In this document: in pieces, positions 31,786 to 41,570 of the stretch | Numbering within the stretch: the first letter of the stretch is position 1 | Layout: every line of letters starts with the position of its first letter | Source of the DNA: Cyclobacteriaceae bacterium | Lineage (GTDB): Bacteria; Bacteroidota; Bacteroidia; Cytophagales; Cyclobacteriaceae | Length of the DNA: 64,000 nt | Direction of reading: 5' to 3' | Assembly (NCBI GenBank): GCA_041736555.1 | Contig: JBGSTJ010000008.1 | Coordinates: 62,084 to 126,083 of the forward strand | Position numbers and translations under genes: made by a program | Notes under the pieces: generated by a model | What the model was told of the DNA's origin: nothing | Seen by the model: only the letters and a program-made list of their open reading frames with translations | The model's database searches: none

Positions 31786-33225
31786 TTAGAATTCTAGCGG
31801 TAAGCCCTGGTAAAAGTCAAGAACCTTGGTTCTAAAGATGAAGTCATATTTGGCTCGTAATAAATCAGACTGCGCCTGAAACAAATTGTTTTGTGCAATC
31901 TGGTAATCAACAAAATTAACGGCACCCAGATTGTAACGCTGCTGTGTCATTCGAAATGCTTCGTCCCGAGCCCGCACCTGCTTATTGGTAGATGTATAGG
32001 TCTTGATCGCTGCAATAGCATTGTTATAGGCCGTTTCAACAGTTTGACGGAGGGTATTCTTCGTTTCGATCAGTGTGATGTTGGCTAACTCCCGATTAAT
32101 GGCAGCCCGTTGCATGTTTGATCGGGTTGAAAATCCATTGAATAAGGGTATTTGAATATTTAATCCAAGGCTGCGCCCCCGGTTGTCATTGTACTGATCC
32201 ATGATGCCTGGCACCATGAATTGACCCGTTGGTGTAGTAACATCTGTGAATACCGGAGAATTGGAACCTTGTACGTAACCAATCTGACGAGACGTGGTGG
32301 CTGTTCCGCCATCCGCAAAAAACTGCTGACGTTGATCGGAGTACACGGTGCTGAGCGAGCCATTGATACTGATTCGGGGATATAAATTTCCCCGCGTTGA
32401 GCGGAACCCATAATCAGCACTTACCTTCCGTAATTCTGCACCTTTAATCTCAGGCATGGCCGTCATGGCGATGTCAAAAATTTCTTCAGCCGATTTATTT
32501 AATAATGAAACATCTTCCACAGTGACTTGAGGAATCTCAACATCCATAGGGTTAGAAGCGGGTAATTGTAACGCTTGCTTCAGTTGAAGCAGGGAGATAT
32601 TCAATGCATTTTCGCGTTGAATAACGTTCAATTCATTCGTGGCTAATTGGGCGTCCAGGTTCAGTACATCTCCAATAGGTACCGATCCGGCATCTGATAG
32701 TATCTTGGTTCGGTCCAACTGCTCTTGTGTTGATTGTACCTGAAATTGCGCTACCGCCAAAAGTTCTTTATTGAAAACAACATTTAAATAAAGCGTAATC
32801 ACATTCAGAATAACATCATTCCTGGCTTTCATTAAATCTTCATTCGCAGCATCCAGATCTATGTTGCTTTGCTTTAAATTGTAGAACAAACGAAATCCAT
32901 TCCACAGCAACAAAGAACTACTGGTGCTCAGGTTTGAATTTTCGATTTTATTCTCTGTAAAAACATTGGTGGTTGGGTCAATGGTACGGCCCCAATTGAG
33001 ACCGTAACTCCCATTGGCATTCAGGCTCGGAAGCATGGTCATTTTGGATTGAAGCAAATTGACCTGGCTGGTTTCCACACCATAGGTGCTTCGCTTAACG
33101 GTCAGGTTATTGGCAATGGCTTGATCAATCAATTCCCGCAAGGTCCATACCTTGGATGTCGCCTCCTGTCCAAAAGATATGTGCGACATAAAGAGTAAAC
33201 TGATAGCTAAAATTTTCTTCATCAT
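31786..33225 (-). CDS. TolC-family outer membrane efflux protein
   Basis: Start moved to MMKKILAISLLFMSHISFGQ. Two-fold repeat of coiled-coil/beta segments typical of the OMF family. Confidence 0.85.
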   Translation of the reverse strand: MMKKILAISLLFMSHISFGQEATSKVWTLRELIDQAIANNLTVKRSTYGVETSQVNLLQSKMTMLPSLNANGSYGLNWGRTIDPTTNVFTENKIENSNLSTSSSLLLWNGFRLFYNLKQSNIDLDAANEDLMKARNDVILNVITLYLNVVFNKELLAVAQFQVQSTQEQLDRTKILSDAGSVPIGDVLNLDAQLATNELNVIQRENALNISLLQLKQALQLPASNPMDVEIPQVTVEDVSLLNKSAEEIFDIAMTAMPEIKGAELRKVSADYGFRSTRGNLYPRISINGSLSTVYSDQRQQFFADGGTATTSRQIGYVQGSNSPVFTDVTTPTGQFMVPGIMDQYNDNRGRSLGLNIQIPLFNGFSTRSNMQRAAINRELANITLIETKNTLRQTVETAYNNAIAAIKTYTSTNKQVRARDEAFRMTQQRYNLGAVNFVDYQIAQNNLFQAQSDLLRAKYDFIFRTKVLDFYQGLPLEF

Positions 33226-33227
33226 AG

Positions 33228-33905
33228 TTATAATACAATATCTGGTATATAGATCACTTCCTTTACCCAACTTAGACTCTTCAAATAATCAAATGTTACA
33301 GGTTTGATCCCCGAATCCATTTCGATTACCTGACAAGCCAGATCATTTTTTCCTTTGCGCGAAACAGACATGGTTGCAATATTGCAATCATCATGAGCCA
33401 GTATACTGGCAATGAAGGCAATGCTTCCTTTTTTATCTTCAGCCAGTATAATCAATGTGTGCAGGTTGGCTGAAAAATCTGCTTTGAATCCATTTACTTC
33501 GGCAATATTGATCACACCTCCGCCTTTGCTTTCGCCTAATACCTCAACGGTGCGTTTACCTTTTGTGAGCCGAAGACGAATGGAGTTAGGATGTAAAGCC
33601 GAAGCATTTCCTACTGACTTGAATTGATAGTCCAGATTTTTTTCTTTTGCAATTTCAAGTGATTCACGAATTCGCTTGTCATCGGTAGTAAAGTCCATCA
33701 ATCCCGCAATAATTGCCCGGTCGCTTCCATGTCCTTCATAGGTGCGGGCGAACGAGTTATAAAATGTAATTTCAGCATGATCAGGTTCAGAGCCCAGAAT
33801 TTTAATGGCGGCCCTGGCAATACGCACCACTCCGGCCGTATGAGAGCTGGACGGACCGATCATAACAGGACCGATCATATCAAAAATGCTACTCTTTTCA
33901 GCCAT
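33228..33905 (-). CDS. sdaAB: L-serine ammonia-lyase (Fe-S dependent), beta subunit
   Basis: SIFDMIGPVMIGPSSSHTAG and a C-terminal ACT-like domain, collinear with B. subtilis SdaAB. Start moved to MAEKSS. Confidence 0.88.
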   Translation of the reverse strand: MAEKSSIFDMIGPVMIGPSSSHTAGVVRIARAAIKILGSEPDHAEITFYNSFARTYEGHGSDRAIIAGLMDFTTDDKRIRESLEIAKEKNLDYQFKSVGNASALHPNSIRLRLTKGKRTVEVLGESKGGGVINIAEVNGFKADFSANLHTLIILAEDKKGSIAFIASILAHDDCNIATMSVSRKGKNDLACQVIEMDSGIKPVTFDYLKSLSWVKEVIYIPDIVL

Positions 33906-34091
33906 ACGCGGTAAATAACGGAATAGTGGATAAAAGGATTGCTTTTGAGGGTATTTTATCACCCTATACCGGGTATTTTTTAACAAGCGGCAAAATTAAC
34001 TGATTTGCGAGAGAATAAGACCAAAAATGCGATCTTTTATGAATCAACTTCCTGGCCGATTTATCCAAATGACAGATTCGTTGGAATAATC

Positions 34092-34886
34092 CTAAACTGC
34101 AATCGGGGCCTTAATGGACGGATGATACGTATAGTTTACTATTTCAAAATCTTCGAATTCATAATCAAATAAACTTACAGGCTTCCGCTTGATCAACAAC
34201 TGAGGCAACGCGAACGGTTCACGTGTTAATTGTAGTTTGGCTTGCTCAATGTGATTGGTGTATAAGTGAACATCCCCTCCGGTCCAGACAAACTCACCGG
34301 GTTTGAGATCGCATTGATGGGCAACCATATGAGTCAGCAACGCATAGCTTGCAATGTTAAAGGGTACGCCTAAAAAATAATCTGCACTGCGCTGGTACAA
34401 TTGACAGGAAAGTTTTCCATCCGCCACATAAAATTGAAAGAGTGCATGACATGGAGGCAAAGCCATGTTATCTACTTCGGCCGGGTTCCACGCTGACACA
34501 ATGTGCCTGCGCGAATCGGGTTTGGTTTTTATCTGATTGAGTACTTGCGTAATCTGATCTATTCTTCGACCATCCGGTGCGGGCCAGCTGCGCCATTGAC
34601 TTCCGTATACCGGGCCGAGGTCGCCATTTTCATCGGCCCATTCATCCCAGATGGACACTCCATTGTCTTTCAAATACTTAATGTTGGTGTCGCCTTTTAA
34701 AAACCAAAGCAACTCATATATAATAGAGCGCAGATGAAGTTTTTTGGTGGTTACAAGTGGAAAGCCCTCTGCGAGATCGAACCGGAGTTGCCGGCCAAAG
34801 ACGGAAAGTGTGCCCGTGCCTGTGCGGTCAGTTTTGCTGGCTCCCTGTTCAAGAATATTGCTTAGAAGATCTAGGTATTGGCGCAT
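34092..34886 (-). CDS. thyA: thymidylate synthase
   Basis: [20 protein letters not shown] and WNPA motifs. 264 aa. Confidence 0.96.
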   Translation of the reverse strand: MRQYLDLLSNILEQGASKTDRTGTGTLSVFGRQLRFDLAEGFPLVTTKKLHLRSIIYELLWFLKGDTNIKYLKDNGVSIWDEWADENGDLGPVYGSQWRSWPAPDGRRIDQITQVLNQIKTKPDSRRHIVSAWNPAEVDNMALPPCHALFQFYVADGKLSCQLYQRSADYFLGVPFNIASYALLTHMVAHQCDLKPGEFVWTGGDVHLYTNHIEQAKLQLTREPFALPQLLIKRKPVSLFDYEFEDFEIVNYTYHPSIKAPIAV

Positions 34887-34955
34887 TCGATAAATTTAAT
34901 GCAATTACGGAGTTCCGGAAAAGAAAAAAAAGTGAATAACTCAGAGAAAAGATTA

Positions 34956-34981
34956 GCGGTTTTTTAGTCTACGTAAACCGC
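34956..34981 (-). terminator. possible terminator hairpin
   Basis: GCGGTTT / AAACCGC 7-bp stem with a 12-nt loop downstream of the 155-aa gene. The U-tract is weak. Confidence 0.3.
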
Positions 34982-35030
34982 GCGATTATTTTAAGACAAG
35001 TCTAAATCTCAAATAACTTAAACTGTCCCT

Positions 35031-35498
35031 TCAAGACAAATTACCTACAACCAATTTCTTTTGGGTGTAGTCCAATTCCACAGTCTTAATTGCTTCTCCT
35101 TTGTCAATGGTGATAATAATTTCTCGCTCAAAGCGTGAGTCATATCCATGATGCACATAAAATAATTTATTGCCTTGGGGGATTCTGATTTTTCCCGTGA
35201 ACCACGAAGCCACAACCCCATTACTTTGCACTTTCGGAAATAACATTTTCCATGAGTACGGGATTACTTTTTTCCAGAAAATAAAGTTACTCTTTTGAAT
35301 GTTTCCTTTTACATCCCGAAGAATGAGGCGGTGATCGTGCAATTCCCAGGTTGCGATATATCCGCGCTTACAACTTTCGGTTGATTGAAAGACAGGTCTT
35401 TTTTGGGGATACAAATCCCAGTAGGATTCGAGTGGATTTGAGTACAAATCAACCTTGGTTCCGTTCAGGATCATTACATCGGGAAGTTGTGCCGCCAT
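35031..35498 (-). CDS. hypothetical protein
   Basis: 155-aa ORF with no signal peptide. No family recognised. Confidence 0.55.
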   Translation of the reverse strand: MAAQLPDVMILNGTKVDLYSNPLESYWDLYPQKRPVFQSTESCKRGYIATWELHDHRLILRDVKGNIQKSNFIFWKKVIPYSWKMLFPKVQSNGVVASWFTGKIRIPQGNKLFYVHHGYDSRFEREIIITIDKGEAIKTVELDYTQKKLVVGNLS

Positions 35499-35794
35499 AA
35501 TTGTACAAAATTGATGTTATAGCCGCACCTTGACGAAGCAAATGTAAGGCAACCTAAACCATAATTAAATAACAACTCTATTGATGGTTTGAATAGAAGA
35601 TGAATGACGGAGAGAATCGATTATCTGTGTAAATAATCTACATTAATTTTTGCGAGATGGAAGTACAATACACAGCAACAAAGCCCTTAAGTGCATTTAT
35701 CCAGTAATTTGTTAGCCTATCGAGGTTTCGGAATAATGGTATGATTTTGTCTTACGTTTCTGCGTTAGGAACCCACATACCAATTAAGAATCTC

Positions 35795-36328
35795 ATGAAG
35801 AACCCAGGAAAGTCAACTACCCTTGCCCTATTGGTTTTACTATTTATAATAACGGCCTTTGGTTGCCAGAGTAAAAAGAAAGCTATGGAAGCCGCCTACC
35901 TTGCCGGTGAAAAAGCTCGAATTGAACAAGAAGCGGCAGAGCGTAAAGAAAGAGACGCAGAGACTGCCCGAAAAGAAGCCGAAGCAGAAGCGCGGAGAAA
36001 GGCAGAAGCAATGGGTACAAACGAATCAACCAATGACGCAATCAATACTCGCGTTAATAATTATTTTGAAGCAACCGCACAGGCGAGTACGGTAGCCGCA
36101 GCCAACGCAACTATTGCTGATGCGCTCACACTCTTCGCTTCTCCGGAAATACCTGTCTTGATAGTAATTAGTGAAGAAGGCGGTCAAAAAGATTATGATC
36201 GACCCACGACCATCAGCGAATATCTCAATTACATTAAAGATCAGAAGAAGAATAGCAACCGGATCTCTAACGTTAAGACGAATGACGCTGGTAAAATAAC
36301 TGAGGTCGAAGTAAGGAAACTCTTTTGA
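35795..36328 (+). CDS. hypothetical lipoprotein with charged coiled-coil linker
   Basis: Start moved to MKNPGKS. Lipobox ITAFGC, then EAAERKERDAETARKEAEAEARRKAEA, then a globular domain. Confidence 0.6.
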   Translation: MKNPGKSTTLALLVLLFIITAFGCQSKKKAMEAAYLAGEKARIEQEAAERKERDAETARKEAEAEARRKAEAMGTNESTNDAINTRVNNYFEATAQASTVAAANATIADALTLFASPEIPVLIVISEEGGQKDYDRPTTISEYLNYIKDQKKNSNRISNVKTNDAGKITEVEVRKLF

Positions 36329-36367
36329 AGAAACCGAACCAAATCTTTACAATCAAAATTTTAAACT

Positions 36368-36949
36368 ATGATCAAATTTGCTCTTGTTTTATCTACTCTC
36401 CTTCTCGGCATAACGCTTTCGTCTCGCCTGCTTGCGCAGACGGGTGAGGTGAGTCCTGCTCGGAAACTGGCCATCGACTCTCTGGCTCTTGAAAAAGTGC
36501 GGGACTTGAGTAAATACATTAGCATCATTGGTAATAAAGAAACAGCATTCTCGGAGGCCACCCGAGTAATGGATCGGGCAGAAGAACTTTTTACTCCGGG
36601 CAGTGAAATGGGTGTATCCTCACTCTCCAGTCAGGAGGTTAAGTATTACAAAGTACGCAAGTACTTTGAACACCTGGTGGCATTGAACTATGATCGCGTA
36701 ACCATTAAGTGGTATGATATTCATTACATCAGCGACCTGGAACGGCAACCCGATGGACGTTATGTAGGAGTGATTACCATTTATCAACGTTTTGAAGGCG
36801 AGTCGGATGATGGCATGAAATACAAAGACACGACTAAAAAGGATATTACAATTTATGTAGAGCGAAAGAAAACTCAGATACAAGGAAGAGTCATTGAATT
36901 TTGGGATGTGCTTCTGGGCGATATCAGGGTAACAGAAACAGGAGTATAG
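36368..36949 (+). CDS. hypothetical secreted protein
   Basis: Signal peptide ending LLAQ. 39 nt after the preceding gene. Confidence 0.6.
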   Translation: MIKFALVLSTLLLGITLSSRLLAQTGEVSPARKLAIDSLALEKVRDLSKYISIIGNKETAFSEATRVMDRAEELFTPGSEMGVSSLSSQEVKYYKVRKYFEHLVALNYDRVTIKWYDIHYISDLERQPDGRYVGVITIYQRFEGESDDGMKYKDTTKKDITIYVERKKTQIQGRVIEFWDVLLGDIRVTETGV

Positions 36950-37043
36950 GCATTCAACGATTTTAGGCTACGGGCAACTTGCTGCGAAAAGGGGTTTTGG
37001 TAATGTGGGAAGCCTGTAGCCTTTTTAAATCCAACTATTTACT

Positions 37044-37874
37044 ATGAAAGTGAGTTACCTGCTTTCCGTATGGATGCTTTTTTCATTTCACCTGCAGGCC
37101 CAGTTGGTGGATGATATGACTGATGAAAGTAAACTCTTTGCCGAATCCAAACAGGTGAATCAGTTTTTCAGACGCTTCAACGGAGAAGAGGACAAAAAGG
37201 GAAACCGCTATACATCGCAAGACAAAGCCTATCGTAGTGCTAAACTCCGAAAGAAATATTTCAGCGTTCTGTTTGATGAAAATAACAAGGGAATCAATAC
37301 ATCACTCAAGAGTGAATTCGTAAATCAGGTAGTGGAGCGCGAAGTTCCATCTTTTCTGAATTTTCACGGACCCCAGTGGTTCTCTGAAGTATCGGCAGTT
37401 TTTACATCTAACGGCAAAGAGCAGCCAATAACCTTATTTATGGAACTGGAGAAAGATCACCTGGGACACAAGTGGGTAATTCGAAAAGTGCATGCCGAAA
37501 TGTATCAACCCTATTTTGATCATGATACCACCAGGGTCGGCAGCTTTCTGCATCCATTAAGTCATGAGTTGGATTTCATGAACCTGCACAAAGCATTTAA
37601 TAAAAGTGATAGCATCAGTCAGTTTACGGCTAAGCGTTTTATACCCGATCACCTTTCTGTATTTCTATACGAATTCAAAAAGGGAACGTTGAAATTCAAA
37701 TCCGTACGCGAAGTGAAATTTCATTTCTTTCAGATAGACGGCTGGTATTTTGAACTGGCCGACTTTAACAGGCCCGGATACAACACCGGTTGGCTGATTT
37801 CTAATCTTGTAAAACTAAATACGGATGCTGAAAAGATTCTCCTGCAAAGATATTTATTCCATGAGACGAAATAA
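37044..37874 (+). CDS. hypothetical secreted protein
   Basis: Signal peptide ending LQAQ. The 3' end overlaps the LRR gene start by 14 nt. Confidence 0.6.
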   Translation: MKVSYLLSVWMLFSFHLQAQLVDDMTDESKLFAESKQVNQFFRRFNGEEDKKGNRYTSQDKAYRSAKLRKKYFSVLFDENNKGINTSLKSEFVNQVVEREVPSFLNFHGPQWFSEVSAVFTSNGKEQPITLFMELEKDHLGHKWVIRKVHAEMYQPYFDHDTTRVGSFLHPLSHELDFMNLHKAFNKSDSISQFTAKRFIPDHLSVFLYEFKKGTLKFKSVREVKFHFFQIDGWYFELADFNRPGYNTGWLISNLVKLNTDAEKILLQRYLFHETK

Positions 37875-40332
37875 CTGGTTGCTGGTGCTTGTGCTGTTGG
37901 TTTGTTCGCTCCCGGTATTGGCACAAAAAAAACCGACTAAGAAACCAGCAAAAGTTGTTGACACAAAACCTGTGGTAACGAAACCTGATCTGGCTGCGGA
38001 TGAAAAAAAAGTTCGGGATATGGTGGCCTTCCTGGAATTTATGCTCAACACCCTGGGCAATAGCAGCACACCCATACGCGACAAAGAAATAGTGATCACA
38101 GAAAGTTATGCGAAGATCTTCCGCGATTCAAAAGTGCAGGTGGAAGATGATCTGGATAATGAACGGAAGGTGATTACCAATAAAGACGTAGTGGCATACC
38201 TGAAAGATGTTAATTTCTTTTTCCATGATGTAAGGTTTGAATTTACCATTGAGAGTATTACCAGCAGTACCTTACCCGATGGTCAAACGTTTTATAAAGT
38301 CACCACTACCCGAAACCTGAAAGGGAATACCGTTGACCTCACACCGGTAAATTCAACGCTTGCCCGCTACATCGAGATCAATTACAATCCTGTTGATCAG
38401 GATCTTAAAATCGTAAGCCTTTATACGCACGAGTTTGATGAGAAGGTAGCCTTGATGAGCTGGTGGAAGGAGATGCCATCGGAATGGAAATCTGTATTCA
38501 CGGAAAGACTTATCCTCTCGGATAGCGCTACCCTGAACGACCTCAAGACGATGGCTTCTCTCACCGAATTAGACATTAGCAATAATAGCAACATTCAGGA
38601 TCTTACACCGCTGTCTCAATTGATTAACCTTACTTCGCTCAATCTGTCGGGCATACCCGTTAGCGATCTTACCCCCATCCGCAATCTTACGGAGTTGGTT
38701 GAGTTAAACATCGCCCATACTTCTATTACCGATTTATCGCCTTTAAAATATTCTAATAAGATAAGCCGGTTGATGATGAACAACACGGCCGTGGTTGATA
38801 TCACCGTATTGGAAAAAATGCCGGCATTAAAACACCTCGAAATGCGAGGGACCCAGGTTAACAACTGGATGCCGCTTGCCAAACTGGTGGCATTGCAAGA
38901 GGTAGATGTCAGTAATACAAAAATTATCAGCCTCACTCCTTTTGAAAATCTTTTGACGATCACGGAATTAACGTTGTCCAACACGCTTGTGGATGATGTT
39001 GAACCCTTAAAAAACCTGCGCATGCTTACGAAGCTTACGCTGGACAGTACAAAGATTCGCACGTTGGCAGGACTAGGTTCCATTGAAATGTTGGAGACGC
39101 TTTCCATTAATCATACGGCTGTCTCCGATCTTGCTCCGTTGCAAAAACTTGAGCATCTGGAAAAAATTTATTGTGACAATACCGGTATCAACCAGGAAGC
39201 TGCCAATGCATTTATGGCGTTACATGCTAACGTGCTGGTCATCTTTGATTCGGAAGATTTGAAAGTATGGTGGAATCAGCTCTCGCCAGATTGGCAAACT
39301 GTTTTTTCAAGATCGGCCGGGCTGGACGGGAATCCCACCAAGGAAGAATTGGCCATCATTCCCTTGCTTGATTCCATTAACCTGCATGGCAATCAGAACC
39401 TTAATAATCTTGAACCACTCACCCGGTTAACAAAACTTAAATTCCTGCTTGCCAACAAGACATCGATTTCAGATCTGGAACCGCTCCAAGGACTTGCTGA
39501 GATCACTTATCTCGATATCAGTGGCACAAATGTAAGTGAGCTTTCTGTGCTGGGTACATTGAAACACCTGACATCCTTAAAAGCAGATGACAGCCAAATA
39601 AAAAATATAGAAAAGTTAACATTCAAAAGCCTGAAGCATTTCTATGCGGATAACTCCGGTATCACCGATGACGTTGCTGCCGCTTTCCTGAAATTAAATC
39701 CTGCTTGTTTATTGGTGTACAAGACAGCTACGCTGAAAACGTGGTGGAGCAACCTTTCTGAAACCTGGCAGGAGGTATTCACGAAGCAGCTTGGCGCCAA
39801 CCCCGATGCTTCGCGGGAAAAACTCCATACACTCATTCAACAACCAACACTTGAAATTAACAACGCCCCGATCAGCGATCTTGCCGCACTGAGCAAATAC
39901 ATTCGTTTACAGGAACTTCACTTTTCGGGAACCTCGATTACTACGATCACCCTGCCCGAAAATATTCATACCCTCAAATCCCTGCATGCAACAAACAGTC
40001 CTATTAAGGACATTAAGTCATTACCTGTGCTAACGGAGTTGGAAGATCTTGATGTTTCCAATACACCCATCGATGATGTGTATGAGTTGTGGAAACTGAA
40101 AAAGTTAACCAAACTAAATTGTGCGGGTACACAAATCAAAAGACTGGATGCCCTGGAGAAAATGGAAAACCTCACCTACCTGGATTGTTCCAACACCAAT
40201 GTTAATAAACTCAGTGCGCTGGACTATCTTCCACTGAAGACACTGAAGTGTTTTAATACCCGGATTCCCAACCGGGTGATAGAAAACTTTAAGGCCAGTC
40301 ACCCGGAGTGTGATGTGGTTTATTACCGGTAG
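37861..40332 (+). CDS. secreted leucine-rich-repeat protein (three LRR blocks)
   Basis: Start moved to MRRNNWLLVLVLLVCSLPVLAQ. About 25 22-residue LRRs (L..L..L.L..T.I.DL.PL) fall in three blocks. Each block is preceded by a WW..L...W..VF module. Confidence 0.8.
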   Translation: MRRNNWLLVLVLLVCSLPVLAQKKPTKKPAKVVDTKPVVTKPDLAADEKKVRDMVAFLEFMLNTLGNSSTPIRDKEIVITESYAKIFRDSKVQVEDDLDNERKVITNKDVVAYLKDVNFFFHDVRFEFTIESITSSTLPDGQTFYKVTTTRNLKGNTVDLTPVNSTLARYIEINYNPVDQDLKIVSLYTHEFDEKVALMSWWKEMPSEWKSVFTERLILSDSATLNDLKTMASLTELDISNNSNIQDLTPLSQLINLTSLNLSGIPVSDLTPIRNLTELVELNIAHTSITDLSPLKYSNKISRLMMNNTAVVDITVLEKMPALKHLEMRGTQVNNWMPLAKLVALQEVDVSNTKIISLTPFENLLTITELTLSNTLVDDVEPLKNLRMLTKLTLDSTKIRTLAGLGSIEMLETLSINHTAVSDLAPLQKLEHLEKIYCDNTGINQEAANAFMALHANVLVIFDSEDLKVWWNQLSPDWQTVFSRSAGLDGNPTKEELAIIPLLDSINLHGNQNLNNLEPLTRLTKLKFLLANKTSISDLEPLQGLAEITYLDISGTNVSELSVLGTLKHLTSLKADDSQIKNIEKLTFKSLKHFYADNSGITDDVAAAFLKLNPACLLVYKTATLKTWWSNLSETWQEVFTKQLGANPDASREKLHTLIQQPTLEINNAPISDLAALSKYIRLQELHFSGTSITTITLPENIHTLKSLHATNSPIKDIKSLPVLTELEDLDVSNTPIDDVYELWKLKKLTKLNCAGTQIKRLDALEKMENLTYLDCSNTNVNKLSALDYLPLKTLKCFNTRIPNRVIENFKASHPECDVVYYR

Positions 40333-40370
40333 GTTAAAAATGATATTTGATTTTACTTACCACGTAAAAA

Positions 40371-40507
40371 AGGAGGCTGTCTCAAAAGTCAATTAAAATT
40401 AAAATGTCATTCCGGCCTTTTGAGCCGGAATCCCATCATTCGTGCACAAAATGAGATCGTCAAGCCTGAGGCTTGACGATGACAGACTACTTTTGAGACA
40501 GCCTCCT
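40371..40507. repeat. nested multi-hairpin intergenic element, copy 1
   Basis: 19-bp outer inverted repeat AGGAGGCTGTCTCAAAAGT / ACTTTTGAGACAGCCTCCT. It encloses hairpin ATTCCGGC-cttttga-GCCGGAAT (40409-40431) and hairpin ATCGTCAAGCC-tga-GGCTTGACGAT (40456-40480). Confidence 0.85.
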
Positions 40508-40523
40508 CTTAAATCTTACATTC

Positions 40524-41432
40524 TTAAATATTACCCTTTACTTCTACGGTTCGTGATTGACCATTGATTGTAACGGTCACGATTTTATCGCACTCACCGG
40601 TTCCATAATCGATGGTAATTACTTTGTTGTTGTCTACTGTTAATACTTTTACTCCTTCCACAGCCATGAATACTTTGTTGTTAATCGCACACTCACGTTT
40701 GTACACCAGGGGTGTAGTAATATCCACCTGGTAAACCCCGCCATTTCGGTTAGTACCAGCTGCGGTGCCATCCACTATCCACTCATCTTGTAAGGGGTTG
40801 GTTCCTCTTATCCATTCACGGGTGCGGTTTACTTCGCGGGTTGCTGTTGAACCATCCGGCCAGGTTGCTTTACCACCCTCCAGTACGATAGAGAATTTAG
40901 GACTTGCTTCCGTGCTTCCCGTAACATTGGTAACGGTGCGGGTTCCTTCTATCTGAACGTCATTAATAGAGTACCCGTCAAACGTGGTTATGATTTTAGA
41001 ACCCGATAAGAAACGTTTGCCCATAAATTCAACAACCATGATTCCTTTGCGCACATTTCCTTTGCCATCGGTACAGCCTGTTCCGAAATCGATCGTGATG
41101 TAGCCATGCGGAGTAGTTGTACTATTGTCGGCAGCAAATTCAAACGTTACGGTTGCACAATTGAAACGTAAATCACCGTTGGGCTTAACGCCACCCCGGC
41201 CTGAAGCTGATTGTCTCGAGCCCGATAAAGTTGATCCATCGGCAGCAACAGCCAGGGTTGCTATATCGTCAGCATCTTCAAAATAGCCATCGGTAGCGGC
41301 TTCATTTTCTACATTTTCTGAATCATTGACACTCAGGTCAAACTTGTCATCTGTACACGAAGCCAGAAATACCAAAGTAATTAAAGCCAGACCCGAAAGA
41401 CCCTTTAAGAATGCATTTTTCATTGTTTTCAT
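40524..41432 (-). CDS. hypothetical lipoprotein
   Basis: Signal peptide with lipobox FLASC. Internally duplicated I(T/D)(I/Y)DFGTG(C/EC) motif. Confidence 0.65.
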   Translation of the reverse strand: MKTMKNAFLKGLSGLALITLVFLASCTDDKFDLSVNDSENVENEAATDGYFEDADDIATLAVAADGSTLSGSRQSASGRGGVKPNGDLRFNCATVTFEFAADNSTTTPHGYITIDFGTGCTDGKGNVRKGIMVVEFMGKRFLSGSKIITTFDGYSINDVQIEGTRTVTNVTGSTEASPKFSIVLEGGKATWPDGSTATREVNRTREWIRGTNPLQDEWIVDGTAAGTNRNGGVYQVDITTPLVYKRECAINNKVFMAVEGVKVLTVDNNKVITIDYGTGECDKIVTVTINGQSRTVEVKGNI

Positions 41433-41570
41433 GGAGTTTATAATTTTTACAGCCCTTAGAGGCCTACCTTGACGAAAGGTTTAATCGACCTTAAAATTTT
41501 TTTAATCTTTTTTCCGTTTCACGTTCACTGGCCTGGATACAGTCTCTTTTCATTTGGTAACTTTACAAAC

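Noticed and set aside
38560-40270. Regular ~66-nt periodicity that could be mistaken for a CRISPR-like array
   Set aside because: The periodicity is the degenerate 22-codon LRR unit within one long ORF. There are no identical direct repeats or unique spacers.
40404-40454. Short ATG-initiated ORFs inside the nested-hairpin elements (MSFRPFEPESHHSCTK here, and a 26-aa ORF in copy 2)
   Set aside because: The reading frames are not conserved between copies; the loop insertion changes the frame. Nucleotide pairing, by contrast, is conserved.
41469-41570. N-terminal extensions produced by the ORF track, such as the TTG at 41469 here and those at 7166, 23673, 33986, 35741, 37825 and 53010
   Set aside because: The extensions precede clear signal peptides or conserved N-termini, and they run through promoter-like sequence. 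Internal ATG starts are more plausible.
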